A stretch of DNA of 64,000 nt, taken from the NCBI RefSeq assembly GCF_009914755.1, contig NC_060931.1; one strand, 5' to 3'. Under the pieces are notes generated by a model, which did no database searches, was not told the DNA's origin, and worked only from the letters and a program-made list of their open reading frames with translations. The position numbers and the translations under genes are program-made. This DNA is from the human T2T-CHM13v2.0 reference genome, Homo sapiens. Each line of letters begins with the position of its first letter. Position 1 is the first letter of the stretch. Shown piece by piece: positions 32,958-46,830 of this stretch.

Positions 32958-34136
32958 AAATAATACATTTTTGATTTCAATATTTTTTCTACTGGCTTTC
33001 TTTTTTTAAAATTTATTTTCACTGTAATCTTTTTTTTCTTCTGCTTGATTTGAGTTTTGTTAGCTTAAGGTGGATGGTTATTTATTTGAGATTTTCTTTT
33101 TTTAAACATAGGTGTTTACAGCCATACCTTTTCTTCTAAGCACTGCTTTAGCTACTTCCCATAAATTTTAGTATGTTGTGTTTTTGTTTTCATTTAACTC
33201 AAAATGTTTTCCAATTTCCCTTGTGATTTCTTCTTTGATGTATTAACTATTTAAAAATGTGTCATTTAATTCTCATTTATTTTTGAATTACCCACACTTC
33301 CTTCTGTTACTGATTTCCAATTTTATTCCTTTGCAGTCAGATAACATATTTTTTATAATTACAGAATTTTGAATGGATTGAGGCTTATTTTATGTGCTGA
33401 CACATGGTCTATTCTGGAGAGTGTGCTATGTGCACTTGAGAAAACTGTTTTCTGCTACTGTTCAGTGGAGTGTTCTATGAATACCTGTTAGGACTAGTTG
33501 ATTTATAGTGTTATTCAAGTCTATTTCTTTGATGATCTTCTACCTATTTTATTCTCCATATTATTGAAAATGAAGTACTGAAGTCTCCAACATTATTGGT
33601 GAATTGTCTATTTCTCCCTTCTTTTCTCTATCTTTGCTTCACATTTGTTGAGGATCTGCTGTTAGATGCTTGTGTTTATAGTTATTATATCTAATGGATG
33701 GATTGACTGTGCTATTATAAAATATATGTTTTGTCTCTAGTAATTATTTTTGTTTTAAACTATATTTTATCTGATAGTAATCTAGCCTCTCTGCCTCTCT
33801 GTTTATTACTGTTTGCATGGTATCTCTTTCTGGTATTCTTTTACTTTCGACCTATTTGTGTGTTTGATGCTAAAGTCTATCTCTTTTATATAACATATAG
33901 TGAGACCATGTTTTTGTTTGTTTGTTTTCTTAACTTATCTGCCAATATCTGCTTTTCATTGGAGGTACTTACTTTATTTATATTAATGTAATTATTGTTT
34001 AGGTAGAATTTACATTTGCATTTCACTATTTTGTTCTTTTATATCAAATTTGTTGTTTCTCTATTCCTTCATTACTGCCTCCTTTTGTGTTAAATAGATT
34101 TTTCTAGTCTACCATTTAATTTGCTTGTTGTTTCTT

Positions 34137-34176
34137 TATATATATATATGTATGTATATATATGTATATATATATA
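34137..34176. repeat. (TA)n/(TATG)n microsatellite
   Basis: Visible in sequence. Confidence 0.8.
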
Positions 34177-35330
34177 ATGTGGATTTAGTTATTTTATTAA
34201 TGATTGTTGCTCTGGGGATTACAATTAACATCTTAACTTAAAACATCTAGATTAGAATAATATAACTTAATTTCAGTAAGTTTAATACCATTTTGCCCCA
34301 ATGGTATTTATTCTCCCTTTCTTTAGGCTAGTATCATCACACAATTCATATCTTTATTTATTATAACCTATCAATGCTGCTTAATAATTATTGCTTTATG
34401 TAGTTTTCTTATCTATAAGATAGGAGATGGAAAGAGCTATTATGTAAATAGAATTAAATTTATACAGTCTTTTATATTTTCTTTTATCAATGCTCTTTAT
34501 TTCTTCCTGTGGATTTCCTCTTCATGCGAACCTCCTTTCATTTCTGCCTAAAGGACTCCCTTGAGTATTTCTTGTGAGGCAGATCTGTTAGCAACAAATT
34601 CTGTTAGTTTTTTTTTTTTAATCTGGGAATATCTTAATTTCTTCTTTGTTTTTAATTAATGGTTTTGTTGGAAACAGAGTTCCTGGTTGACAGTCTTTTT
34701 CTTCAGCACTTTAAGTATGTCATCCCACTCCCTCTGGCTTGCATGGTTTCTGATAAGAATTCAGCTGTTATTTTATTAAGGATCACTATATATTCAATCA
34801 TGTCTCTTTTGATGCTTTCAAGATTCTCTGTTTAACTGTCTTTTGACAATGTGAATATTTTTAAATTTATCTTACTTGGATTCTATTGAACACCTTAGAC
34901 GTGCACATTATTATTTTCATTACCTTTGGAGAGTTTTCACCATTATTTATTCAAATATTCTTTCTGTGCCTTTCTCTCACGCCTCTTCTTTTCTCTGGGA
35001 CTCGCATTCAGGTGTATGTTGATATGCTTAATGGTGTCCCACAGATCTTTGAGGCTGTATTCATTTTTCTTATTTTTTTAATGTTCTTCAGAATAAAAGA
35101 ACCTCAGTTTAACTCTCTTCAAGTTTGCTCTTACTTTCTTCTGTCAGTTAAAATCTGTTGTTGAGTCCTAATAGATTTTGCATTTCAGTTCTTATAGTTT
35201 TCAAGTTCAGAATTTCTCTTTTGTTCTTTTTATAATCTCTATCTCTTAGTAGTAGTCTCTGTTTGAGCATTATTCTCATACTTAAAAAAATTCTTTAAAC
35301 ATGATTTTCTTTAGTTTTTTGAGCATATTT

Positions 35331-35612
35331 GTTGTTTAATTTTTTATTATTTTTTAACATTTTTGTGGGTACATAGTAGGTGTATATATTTATGGGGCAC
35401 ATGAGATGTTTTGATACAGGCATGCAGTGTGAAATAAGCACATCATGGAGAATGGGGTATCCATCCCATCAAGCATTTATCCTTTGAGTTACAAACAATC
35501 CAATTACATTTTTTTGAGTTCTTTTAAAATATACAATTATTATTGACTATAGTCACCCTGTTGTGCTATCAAATAGTAGGTCCTAATGATTCTTTCTATT
35601 TTTTTGTACCCA
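35331..35612 (-). mobile_element. L1MA2/3-like 3' UTR fragment
   Basis: gtgggtacatagtaggtgtatatatttatgggg...ttgatacaggcatgca; TSD TTGAGYATATTT (35319-35330, 35613-35624). Confidence 0.85.
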
Positions 35613-36252
35613 TTGAGTATATTTATAATAGCTGATTTAAAATGCTTGTCTTAAAAGTTCAACATTTGGGTTTCCACAGTGTCAGTTTCTAGTGACCACA
35701 TTGTTTCCCTGTGTACAGCTCCCAGTTCCTTTTCCTGTATGTATCTTGTAACTTTTTGTTGTGGAAAAGCTACACAGTAAAAATAATAGAATGTGGGGGA
35801 ACTGGAGAGTCTATTCTCCTCCTCTGTCTCCAGCCTTTGTTGTGGAGGCTGCTGGTTTTCAGGCTACTGAGGAGGTAGGGACAGGGGATGATAATACAAC
35901 AAGTTAAAATATCCAAAGCTTACTTTTCTTACAAAAATTCAGATTTTTTCTTGAGTAAACACCTTAAGATTGTTGCAAGCCTGTCTTAATTTCCAGTGTC
36001 CTGAACAAATCAAAGTTGGAAATCTCCCAGGTGTTCTTGCTTCTTTCACCAAGGAATATATTTTCAGAAATGCTTCCACCACCATTCTGGAAGTGCGTCT
36101 GCTGCTTAACTCAATTGTAGTGGTGTATTTGGGAGTGTCAGGGTGATGGTCATTCCAGGAGATCCTTGAAGAGTAGGATTCGGTCATACTTGTCTATAGT
36201 TCCCAAGCTTCTAGCTCAATGCTTGGCCTGCAGCAAGAGGGTAGTAGCCATA

Positions 36253-36451
36253 CAATAGATCCCATTCATCCAGGGGAACACATTTCAAGAGCCCTTGTGG
36301 TTGCCTAAAATTGCTGATAGTACTGAACCCTATATATACCATGTTTCTTCCTATACATATATGTGTATGTATGATAAAGATTAATTTCTCAACTAGATGC
36401 CAAATAACTGAAACCATGGAAAGTGAAACTGTGGATAACAAGGGACTATTG
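36253..36451. mobile_element. Tigger-family MITE (Tigger3/MER8-like, internally deleted)
   Basis: Imperfect terminal inverted repeats (CAATAGATCCCATTCATCCA / TGGATAACAAGGGACTATTG) flanked by TA on both sides. Confidence 0.8.
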
Positions 36452-36949
36452 TATGCTGAGGTGAATGAAAGATGGCATCTAAGGAACAATATGAGAGAGT
36501 TCCATGAAATAACAACAGAAAGAATGATATTTATTTTTCCCCCATGTTTAGAAGAACAATAATGGAATTCTACAATTTGCCAATATCTAGCTTATACAAC
36601 TCTGTGTGCATAACGCCACTTCTGACATTTCTGGATAGTCCTTTGAGAGCACACTGTGTTTCTTTCGTCTGTGTTTCCTCTGCAGTGCATGCCAGGTAGT
36701 CAGAGGCAAGAGTAACTTAGGAGGCAATGGGGGAAACTTGCTTCCCAACCTTCTCTGCTCCCTCTAACTCATTGCTTTAGATTGCTCATCAGTGGACATC
36801 ACCATATCTTGTAGGGAAAGCCAAGGTAGATGTGAAGAGAGAGGAACTTAGTCTTGAAGTATGAACAGAGACTAGCCAGAGTTTAACTCTCTAGTCAGGG
36901 AGCTTCAAAGCAGGAGAGTAGGGCAAAGCAAGTTGTGCTTGGGCCAGTA

Positions 36950-37700
36950 GCAGAAGGTGGAAGAGGAAGAGGGGTGCAGTGAAGCCAAGGCTACAGAGAA
37001 TATCAAGACTAGCTCTTGAAGGGCCTAGGATGTCAGGCTGAGGATGTCAAATTTTATTCTGAAGGCTCTGGAGTTTCAGAGGAGGATTTTAAACAGGAGT
37101 GTGAGCAGATGTGCAAATTAGTAAATGCGACATTCTGGTAATTTGGAGAGTTCCAAAAGAGCAGAAGAGCTCAAAGGGTGCTGTGGGAGTAACCAGGGGA
37201 GAATTGTTGAAAGATCAAACCAGGAAAGATTAAACAGACCAAAGAAGGAAAGAGCTTCAAGAGATACATAGAGGTGTAATTAACAAGACTTTGGTAATTT
37301 ACGTGATGTGGAAGACAGAGAAGAGGAGGGAAGCACTGATGTCCAGGTTCCCACCTTTGGAAAATGGGTGCAATTCACTGAGGTAGACCCCAAGAGGGAA
37401 GATCAGGCCTTGTAAGGGAACACAATGAGACTGCAGAGGCTGTGGTGTACGTACCCCAAGTGACATTGGCACCCAGCTATTGCATTTCCAGGCTGGAAAC
37501 TCAGGATACAAGTCTGGAGTGGTTATATTTATTTAGGATGTATTATATGAATTTTAGCTAGATGAAGCCATGGGAGAAATTAGATCAGCTAGTGGGAGCA
37601 TCAAATTGAGGAGAGATAGTGTCTGCAAGACAGCTATGAGGGAAAAAACAGTATTTGAAACAGGTGGAAGAAAAAAACCTAAGAAAGACGTCAAGAAGCA
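36950..37700 (-). mobile_element. L2 fragment
   Basis: L2-like motifs (ttttattctgaaggc, ggaggattttaaacagg, gatgtccaggtt, gaagccatggga); boundaries approximate. Confidence 0.55.
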
Positions 37701-40609
37701 CACCCATCGAGATCTCTCTAGCTCCTTCTGGCTGTGTGGTGCAGAGCACACACACACAACATTGGGCTGGTGGTCAAGGCTCAGGGCTGGCCCACAGGAG
37801 CTTCCTAAAGCCCTGGGCTGGGGCCGCAGTGGGTGGAGTCTCTCTTTTAACAATATTCTTAATTCTGGCTTATAAACCTTCAGAGTATGCATCATGGCTG
37901 TTATGTAAGCATTGGTAAGATGATAGTATGGTTTTGGAATTGATATAGTGTTCCTCAGCTTTGCTAAAATTGGGACCAGTGACTACACCAGCCTAGTCAC
38001 GGGGAACATATGAGATCAGAACCCTTTCCTCCTTTAGGACTCCTCCCAGAGCCTTTGAAGTTGCCATCCCTGCTTCCCTTCCCTGCCCTGTGAATGTAGC
38101 CTATAGCCCATCTTCTTTCCAGGTAATCTTCATCTAATTCCTACTGTGTTTTTAATGGAGTAATGCAAGTTAAAGCTATAAACTAATATTGGAAAAATAT
38201 GCAGAACTCTGCCTGCAGGCAGTTAATAAATACTAACTATTATATCATGATAGCAACTCGAAAAGCAAAGTGATCAGGTAGGATGGTGCCATGGGGTGTC
38301 TGCTCACTCTGCCTGGTCTACCAAATGCCCACAGCTCACGTTTCCCTACAGGGCACCCACTGGGCCAACATACCCACCAGAGAGAACAGGTGCAGGGTCT
38401 GAGGGGTTGTGGGGTGCCGGGCCACATTGCGCAGTTGCAGGAGTAAGGCTTCCCAGGAAATGGCAAGGGTGGTGACTAGATCCAGTCTTACTCAAAGGGG
38501 CCTGTGTGGATGAGCCAGCAGCATGGAGCTTTTTGCTTAGGGTAAGCCAGACTCATGAAATGGGTCTGTCTTCTCCATGTCATGGCACCACATCCGAGAG
38601 AGAGTGTGTGCCCTGCCTGCAGCAGAGCAGTGCGCCCCTTCCATAAGGGTCCTGTTTCCCATTCAGTTATTGGAGACTTTCTGACGCCTCCAGTGTCCTC
38701 AGGTGATGTGTTGGGGTCAGTTGGGCATGGTTGCCGGCATTCCATGGACACAACTCACCAGGGAGCAGTCGTGTGTTTTAGGAAATAATTCACTAATCAT
38801 GGGTGAGGAGTGCTTTCCCCAAATTTTCACTCCAAGTAATGTGAAAAAGAAAATAAAGCTGGCTTGATTGATTTAATATACCCAAATCATCTATTTATTT
38901 GGGTAGAAGAACAATAGTAATGTGAGTAAATTTGGCCAGGGGTAGAGTTGAAGCAGCTTTCTAGAAATCATCAAGCTGTAAATTCTGTGTTGTTTTTCTA
39001 CTTTGCAGCCTCTGGGGAGCTATAGTTTACCCACAGCCAGAACATTTCCTGGTTTGACTGTTCTCTTGGGTTCAAGGCTGGGTGAGAGGGGAGTCCTCAT
39101 CAAGTCCACAACATGAGTTCCTGCTACAAAACCAGAACCCCCAGGGCCCAGCCTTGGGTATGGACTCTGCATCCTCGGAGATCCGGCCTGCTGTTGCTAC
39201 CAACCCATAAGCGACAGCCAATTGATTGATCAGTGAAGCCTTCCAGGAAGTTCTCCAGCCAATGCTGCCCAGTCCTCTTTCAGAGATAAAACCTAACGAG
39301 GATTGAAAGATGGTTAGCATGTAGTGTGAGGAAATTCCCAGAATGTTAATGGCTCCTAATAGCAATAAGTTTCCAGAGAAAGCCCATAGACTGGACAAGC
39401 ATTTATGTGTTCCTAAACTTGGGGATTTCTAGAAGTCTTGGGACTCGATCTGTTTGAATGTCAAAGAATGATCATAGCCCAGGTAGGTTAATGTATACGA
39501 AACTGCCTAAATTTCTTATTCAATTTTGTGGGTTTAGCAATTTTCAGCAAATCCTTTTCTCTTTGTCATAAATCTTGAGTTAAACAACTCTTTTGAGGCT
39601 GGAGTGAAGGGATTCGAGGATGGGGTGGCTGCATTTGCTGTTGTTGACCAGTCCCTGGTGTGGAGAGAGGGCACGGTGGCCTGCTGTCTGCATGGGGTCT
39701 TTCTGTCTCTGTACCACCTGCTGCCCCAGTGCAGGTGAGAGGCAGTGCTGTGAGGCCCAGTGGACTGGGAAGACAGACTTTGTACAGCCTACCATCTGCT
39801 CTTGTCCTAACCATTCATTTTCACAGGTAACCCAACCAGTTGCTCACCTGACTCTCAGGGCCTTGCCCTGACTTTCCCAAAGCAATTCCTGACTCCCCCT
39901 AAGTTTGCTGTTTAACATTTGTGATATTTTTAAGCTCATTTGCTGCCTTCTCTGGGTTCTTTTGTTTTGGAATCATTGTTCTGACGGAATATTCTCCAGG
40001 CTGGGCACTTCCACTAGAAGCTTTCTCAGAAAATGAGCTGTAGTCGTTCTTTCCAGTCCTCACCAATTTGAAATGCCTTTCTCCCAGTCACGGAGAAGGA
40101 GCTTTGGACAGAAGAAGGTTTCTTTGCAAGAAAGCCAAATGGATTACAACATGTTCCAGCTTTTAGTGGCACGTCAGGATTCCATGGAGTCACATGCTTT
40201 TTACTTGGTAAGCCATCTAGTCACTCGGGATACCGATGAGGGCCCCTCACGGTCAGTCAGTGCTTTATTTTCATTAATCCTTCTGGGGGAAATAAGCTGT
40301 TTCCATTAAAAATTTTAGTCTTTCTTCACCTCAGGGAAAATTTCTTCTATTTCCTTTACTATCCTTCATGCCTCTTCTGAACTACTGTTATTCACAAATT
40401 AATTCTCCTTGCTAAATGTGGAGCATTCCTAGGAGTTTATTAGAAAGGCAGACTCCCAAACCCCTTTCCCGAGTTGGAATCTGTGCTGTATCGAGATCCC
40501 AGGGACCTGTGTGCATGTTAAAGATTGAGAAGTGTCACCCTCCATGGCCTGTTCTTCCCATCCCAACTTTTTGCTCATATTATTTGAATGTTTGAATTAA
40601 GTGGATGTT

Positions 40610-40765
40610 CTTTACCTAACGCCCACCTCAGTTTACCATATTTAAAAAGTAGATAACAACAGTATCAATTTCATAGGTTCAGTATGAGTGTAATTGAGTT
40701 AATATTGGTAAGGTACTTTAACAATGCCTTGCACGTAAGTGCTAGATAAACATTTATTAAATAAA
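40610..40765 (+). mobile_element. MIR
   Basis: cctcagttta...ataacaacagtatcaatttcatagg...aacaatgccttgcacgtaagtgct. Confidence 0.7.
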
Positions 40766-40904
40766 TAAAAATGATTTCTGGTGCTCAATATACTTTGTTG
40801 TGAGGAAGCATCCCCTTGGTCCTTCCAGGTTATGAATTCATGACTTTCCAGTTCTGTTATTACATTTAAAAAGTCAGAAATAATGTTTTGCAATATCTTC
40901 TAAT

Positions 40905-41030
40905 AGAGGTGCTTCTCAACTTTGGCTAAACTCAGGGAGCTTTTAAAAATCCCGGTGCTCAGGCTGCTGCCCACACCAATTAAGTCAGAGTCTCTGGAGG
41001 TGTGAGCTGCATCATTATTTTGTATTCCCC
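40905..41030. mobile_element. MER5-like hAT fragment
   Basis: gtgcttctcaacttt...gggagcttttaaaaat...ccaattaagtcagagtctct. Confidence 0.55.
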
Positions 41031-41520
41031 TGCCTGCCAGGTGATAGCATGCAGCCATGTTGCCCTGTACAGGCATTCTCCGCCCTCCTGCACTAGCACA
41101 CCAGCTGTGTCCTGCCCTGTTCTCTGCAGTGTTTTGCTTCCCCTGCAGGTGAACGAGCTCCAGGACATTTTGGGCTCTCTCCTGGCTTCTGCATTTTTGT
41201 TCAGGCTGTTGGGGTCTCCAGGGAATGGGGAAATTCAAAGTAAGAGAAAGTTTTTGTTTATGTGGGTTGTTTTCATTTTTCTTAGGCTGGAGATAAAGGG
41301 ACAGGCAACTGTTGGCTGATAGGCTGCATTTTTTGGTTTCTTTTCATCTTTTGATTGAGAAGTGTGGGGCATAGGCAAGGGGTTTCTTGGGCTTCTCTAG
41401 GTACAGGGACAGGGAAGAGCAGTCCTTTTCCAGCTGTAGGGGAGAGGTCTGTTGGAGAACTGTGCAGTCCCTCTGGAGGGCAGGGGCTGTCACTGGGGTC
41501 AACAAGTTTCTCACTGGTCT

Positions 41521-41962
41521 TGAAATTGGTCCAATTGTTTCACAGAAGTAATATTTACAGGTTTTTGAATAAACATAGAAATTGACTCTCCATCTTAAAA
41601 CTTGAAACTTAAATTTATCTCATCTGAGTTTCTTCCTCAGGAAACTGACCCTGGCAGGGGACTGAAACTCACTGACTCATGGCATCCAGACAATAGATGC
41701 CAGATCCCTCATTCCTCATGATTGCTTCCTTACCCCTCCCTGAGTCCTTCTTGCACATAGCTACATTCATTCCCTGCTATATAAACCCCCCAATGTTAGT
41801 TAGTTGGGAAGACGAATTTGAGACTTTTCTCCCTATTTCTCTGTTGACATCGCCAGAATAAAAAGCCTTCTTCCCTTGAAATACTCATTGTCTCAGTGAT
41901 TGACTTTCTGTGCAGCGAGCAATGGGACCTAGCCGAGACCAAATCCTGGCATTCTGGTAACA
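41521..41962 (+). mobile_element. Complete ERV1 solo LTR (MER66/MER39-like; family uncertain)
   Basis: TG...CA termini, exact 4-bp TSD GTCT (41517-41520, 41963-41966), TATATAA near 41778 and AATAAA near 41857. Confidence 0.88.
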
Positions 41963-42584
41963 GTCTGTGTGTAGGGTAAGATAGGACGGGTGTTTGTGCT
42001 GACCAGGAGAGTGCAGGGGTCTGCTGGCTGGGACGTTTAGGATGATGTGCTGTCCCTGGAAAGCAGACTCATCCTGGTGATCAGCTCGTGGTTTTTTCCA
42101 GACCGTTGAATAACAGTGAAGGTAGCCCTTTCCCTGGCTTACAAGTCTTCTCAAGAACTTTAGCCTGCAAAAGTGCCAGGGATCCTTGAGGAGAAGAGGC
42201 AGGTCCAGCCAACTCTTAAGTTCATTTTTTAAATTAGAATTCTCTTGAGAGGGATTTGGGAGAGAGAATAAGGGTCTGTTCCTTGGTTCAGTTTTCCAGA
42301 ATTCACACAACATACTATTTTAATGGGAACACCTTTCGTGTGTTTCAGAGAGCAAGAATTGGGAAATGAAAAATGTTGGCAGTGAATGGCAGGCATTTTT
42401 CATCTAGAAACCTTCTTGGGGATGTCTTAAATGGACAGACTGGCCTTACTTCCGTTATCAGCACATTCTGCAGGGTTTCATCCCTATGGGAAACCTGGGA
42501 CCTCCTTTGCCACCTAATATGAGGCCCCCAGTGCACCCATCCCATCAGACACCCATGCAGGTGTTGAGGGTAAGCCATTAACTT

Positions 42585-43488
42585 TGTGCATTAACCATAT
42601 CTTTTATTGTCTGTATTTGGATGCTTTGACATCTGGGGCTTTGAGGACTCTGGAAGCTAGCCAATTCCTAGAGACACTAAGGGCTAGCCAATCCCTAGAG
42701 ACACTAAGCAGCTCACACATGAACACGCTTTTCAAATGCAAGCTAACTGCTGTGAACTCAGTGTGTCACCCCAAAATTCATATGTTGAAACTCTAATCTG
42801 CAATGGGATATATTAGTAAGTGGGGCCTTTGGGGGGTGATTAGGTCATGAGGGTAGAGCCCTTCTAACAGGATTAGTGGCCTTATAAGAAGAGACATGAG
42901 GGACTTTGCTTATTTCCTCTCTGCTCTCTGCTCTATGAGGATACAATGAGGAGGTGGCTATCTGCACACCAGAGTGTGGACCCTGACCAGACACCCGATC
43001 TCCTGCCATCTTGATTTTGGACTTTGCAGCCTCCAGAACTGTGAACAATATATATTTGTGGCTTAAGCTGCTCAGCCTATTTATGGTATTTTTGTTATGC
43101 CAGCCTAAACTAAGACAACAATCAAACTGGAGCCTACACCCCCAGCCCCGCCTTTATGGGGCTCTGACACTCAGGGTCACCATCCTCCTGCCCTATTCAC
43201 CCCAGGGCCAGGCAGCAGACAAGTAGGCATAGCCCTATCTGATCCTAAGCCTGTGTACACTGCCATATGCATTTATTCCAGTGGATACCACAGTGAAGCT
43301 TCCTACCCACGTTTCCTCACTCCCTCTGCCTCTGGATGGCCCTGGTGCTTCCTTGTGTGGCTCTCAATGGAGTGCCATATTCCTCTTCTTGGGATCTGTG
43401 AGAATAGTAGTCTGTCTTTCTGGTGGCAGTAATCTTCCAATCTACTGGCCTTCCCATACCTACATAATAATAAACCTATATTAAAACA
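42585..43488 (+). mobile_element. MER74-like ERVL LTR interrupted by an MLT1
   Basis: TGTGCATTAACCAT...GATGCTTTGACATCT start; ends ...TATATTAAAACA; contiguous across the MLT1. Confidence 0.7.
42748..43117 (+). mobile_element. MLT1A-like MaLR solo LTR
   Basis: ccccaaaattcatatgttgaaa...ggacttTgcagcctccagaactgtga...actaagaca. Confidence 0.85.
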
Positions 43489-45094
43489 GCATATATGCTT
43501 GGGAGCATCCAAAGGCAATGTTTCAGCAAGAGACTGGGCTCTCAGGCATCTCAGATTTAGAGATGTTCAAGGATACCTTTTCTATTAACACTTGCACGGT
43601 TGATCCAGGGATGCAGCGTCTGTAGCTCTACTCCTTGCTGCTTGACAATGATGTACAGCCACGGTGCTAGGCCCTTAAGTACAATCCTCTAAATCTGTAC
43701 TTCTTACTGAGCCAGATTATTTGTCTTTCTGACAATATTAGGCCCTGGAAATGTAATTTTTTAAATTAAAGAACTTTATAACATGGTATCCCAGAAGAGC
43801 TTCATCCAGTCCAGATGAGGACATTTATCTCCAGTTCTGTCCCCTTGGTGATATTTTAATATTGTATAATTACTTAACAATGTGCCTATTAATTTTAGCA
43901 GAATCTCACGACTGCCTTCTTGTGCTACTGCAAATTGGATAGTTTGAGAAAAGTTTTCTTCTGTTAAAATACATGCCACTTTATAAAAATAATTTGCATG
44001 AAATTATTACCAAGTTAAGACGTTTTTTCTAGAGGTTTTCACAATTTAAACCATGCATGATAAAGAATTTTGTAACCCATAGGAAGCAGGCTCCACTGAA
44101 AGTCTAAAGGTATTTCAGACCTCACGATTGAAAAAGGTTCTGGAGTGAAGAGAGACCAGCTGTCAGGCTGGCTGAACTCAGAGGCTCAGAAGATGTCCCC
44201 AGCCTGCAGTTTCTCCATTTGCATCTCACATCTGTCTCTCTTCTGTGTTGCTTCCATTTCCTATTGGGCTGATTCCTCACGGACACAGCAGGTAGTAGCA
44301 GCTCTGTCCCCCTCCGGCTCAGGCAAGTGAGATCTTCTGAATGTCTTCCTAGAGGGGAGGAGGCAGGAATCCCAGGAGAAAACGGAAGAATCAGTACTGA
44401 AAAAAGAAATAGAAGCTGATTACAAAAATCACGTATATTACTATTTTTTTTTCTGAGAGCAACACCAGCCTAATCATAGTGTTGAAATAATTTCTGATAT
44501 AGACCAATATTTTGTGATTCCGTATTTTATAAAAGAAGGTGTTTGTAGGAATTTTAAGTAATTTCTACATCTGACCCAGGCAACTAAAGTGTGTCTTGTG
44601 CTCCAAATAGAATACCTCACACAAGGAAGTGGGGAGAAATCCTTCAAAGGAAGAGAACAATGAAGATCAAGTTTTAGTGGTCAAGGGAAATAGTCATCGA
44701 CTCATTCTTTTCTTTATGAATTAACCTTTTCAAGGAAGAGAGATCAAAAGGAAAAATAAATAAATCTCCACAATGGGAAGGCTGTGAATGCAAACAAAAG
44801 TCAACCTTTGAACTAGATCGAATACAGAAAGGGGACTGTAACAGCCTAAAGTAGAAAAACAAAAAGAGTAGTAGGAGGGTAGAGGATAGAAGTGTAGATT
44901 AGCTTAGCAGTGTTCTTCCTCTGAGATTATATTTCAGCACAATCTACAAATCTACTTGTATATATATAAAGGATACAAATGTAAATATATAAAGTATGTG
45001 ATTAAGCTTGATATTTTAGGTTAGGAAATAATGAAGAGTATAAATTGTTGACTAGAATTTTTAAAACATATCTAACTGTGACCTGAGATTTTTC

Positions 45095-45272
45095 TTTTTC
45101 TTTTCTTTTTCTTTTTTTTTGAGTCAGAGTGTCATACTTTTGCCCAGGCTGAAGTAAAGTGGCACCATCATGATCTCAGCTCACTGCAATCTCTAATTCC
45201 AGTCTCAAGTGATCTTCCCACTTCAGCCTCCCAAGTAGCTGGGGCTACGGGTGCATGCCACCACTCCCAGCT
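45095..45272 (-). mobile_element. FRAM / AluJ right monomer
   Basis: Single diverged Alu monomer plus poly(T); TSD CTGAGATTTTTC (45083-45094, 45271-45282). Confidence 0.85.
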
Positions 45273-45404
45273 GAGATTTTTCAATTTTAGTTGACTTTTT
45301 TTGGGTGAGAGCACTTGGTGGTTCCCCCAAAGACAAATTAAAGAAATTGCTAAATTATGCCATGTTAGATCACATCTTCCTAGGTCCCAAATGACCTACA
45401 GTAG

Positions 45405-45714
<310 letters not shown>

Positions 45715-45809
45715 TCTTAAGGTATTAACACACAAAGAATGTTTCAATGCTGGTTGTGTACTCTAAGTCAAAACCAAAAAGTAATTTCATGGAGTCAGGG
45801 ATGGTCAGT

Positions 45810-46075
45810 CTAGATCAGCACTGTCCAGTGGAATTTTTGATGGTGATGGAAATGATTTAGATCCATACTGTCCCAATTTGAGATGCCCAGTGCACCCACC
45901 ATGCATCTATCCATTCCCTTATCTATGAAATGCAGCTAGTGAGTACCATGGCTTTGGGGCACTTGAAATGTGGCTGGTGCAAATGAGGAGCTGTATTTTA
46001 AATTTCATCTAATATTAATGTCAATTTAAATTTAAACAGGCACATGTGACTACCCATTTTGGGGTAGTGCAGGTC
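45810..46075. mobile_element. MER3 hAT-Charlie MITE
   Basis: cagcactgtcca...gatggaaatg...gcacttgaaatgtggct...aatttaaatttaaa...cacatgtg. Confidence 0.75.
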
Positions 46076-46669
46076 AGGAGTAATGACAATATGAAGCACA
46101 GAGACATTGGCTGTTTGGAAGTGTTAATAGCTTCCATATCAAGTTAGAAAAAAATATGATGCCAAGAGGTAAAAAAATCCTGCAGCTGGGGTGCATTTTA
46201 ACCATTGCGTAAAAATACTTTGTATTGTGTCTTTATGCAACACTATCAAGCAGCAAGTGGGAGCCAGACACTGAAAGTAGAGAACATCGTATCTGCCCCA
46301 CAGCCTCTCTCAGGCTCAGCAAGCTCACACTGCCCTGGGAGTCCCCAGGGATCAGCAGTCCTTACTGATCCTGCGAAGGATTGGCTACTGCGGAACCTCC
46401 ATAGGCTCCTAACTCTCCGTGGATTCAGCTCAGGCATTATGCTTCCAGCTCAGCCAGTGTATTTGGACGCATGGTGTGTTGAACATTGTTGCTGGAAAGA
46501 GATGACACTGCCGAAGCAATTATGCTCTATTTTTTTTTCCAAAAACCCTTCATGCTTAGCAATTTTGAAAATTATTTTATCTGAAAAAATTACATCTCCT
46601 AAGTGTGTTGTAGAAGGCTGCAGAGTTGACCTTACAGAAGTGTTGCTAAATAGGAGGATTTTATAACTG

Positions 46670-46830
46670 GAAGAAAATGTAGAGTCCATCTGCCTGGCCC
46701 CGTGTTTGCATGTCACAGGTAAGGGAATGGCGCTTAGAGAAACCGACTTGCCTCTAGCCATATGGTTAATTAGTGGCAGAGATGAACTAGAATTCAATTC
46801 TTCTGGTTCTCAGTTTCTTTTTACTACAGA
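46670..46830 (-). mobile_element. MIR fragment
   Basis: gacttgcc...ttagtggcagag...actagaattc. Confidence 0.5.

Noticed and set aside
40088-40207. Possible + strand lncRNA exon (tttctcccag | ... TTG | gtaagc)
   Set aside because: Splice-like motifs alone are too frequent to support an exon without transcript data.
46205-46666. 153-aa ORF
   Set aside because: TTG start and no recognisable homology.
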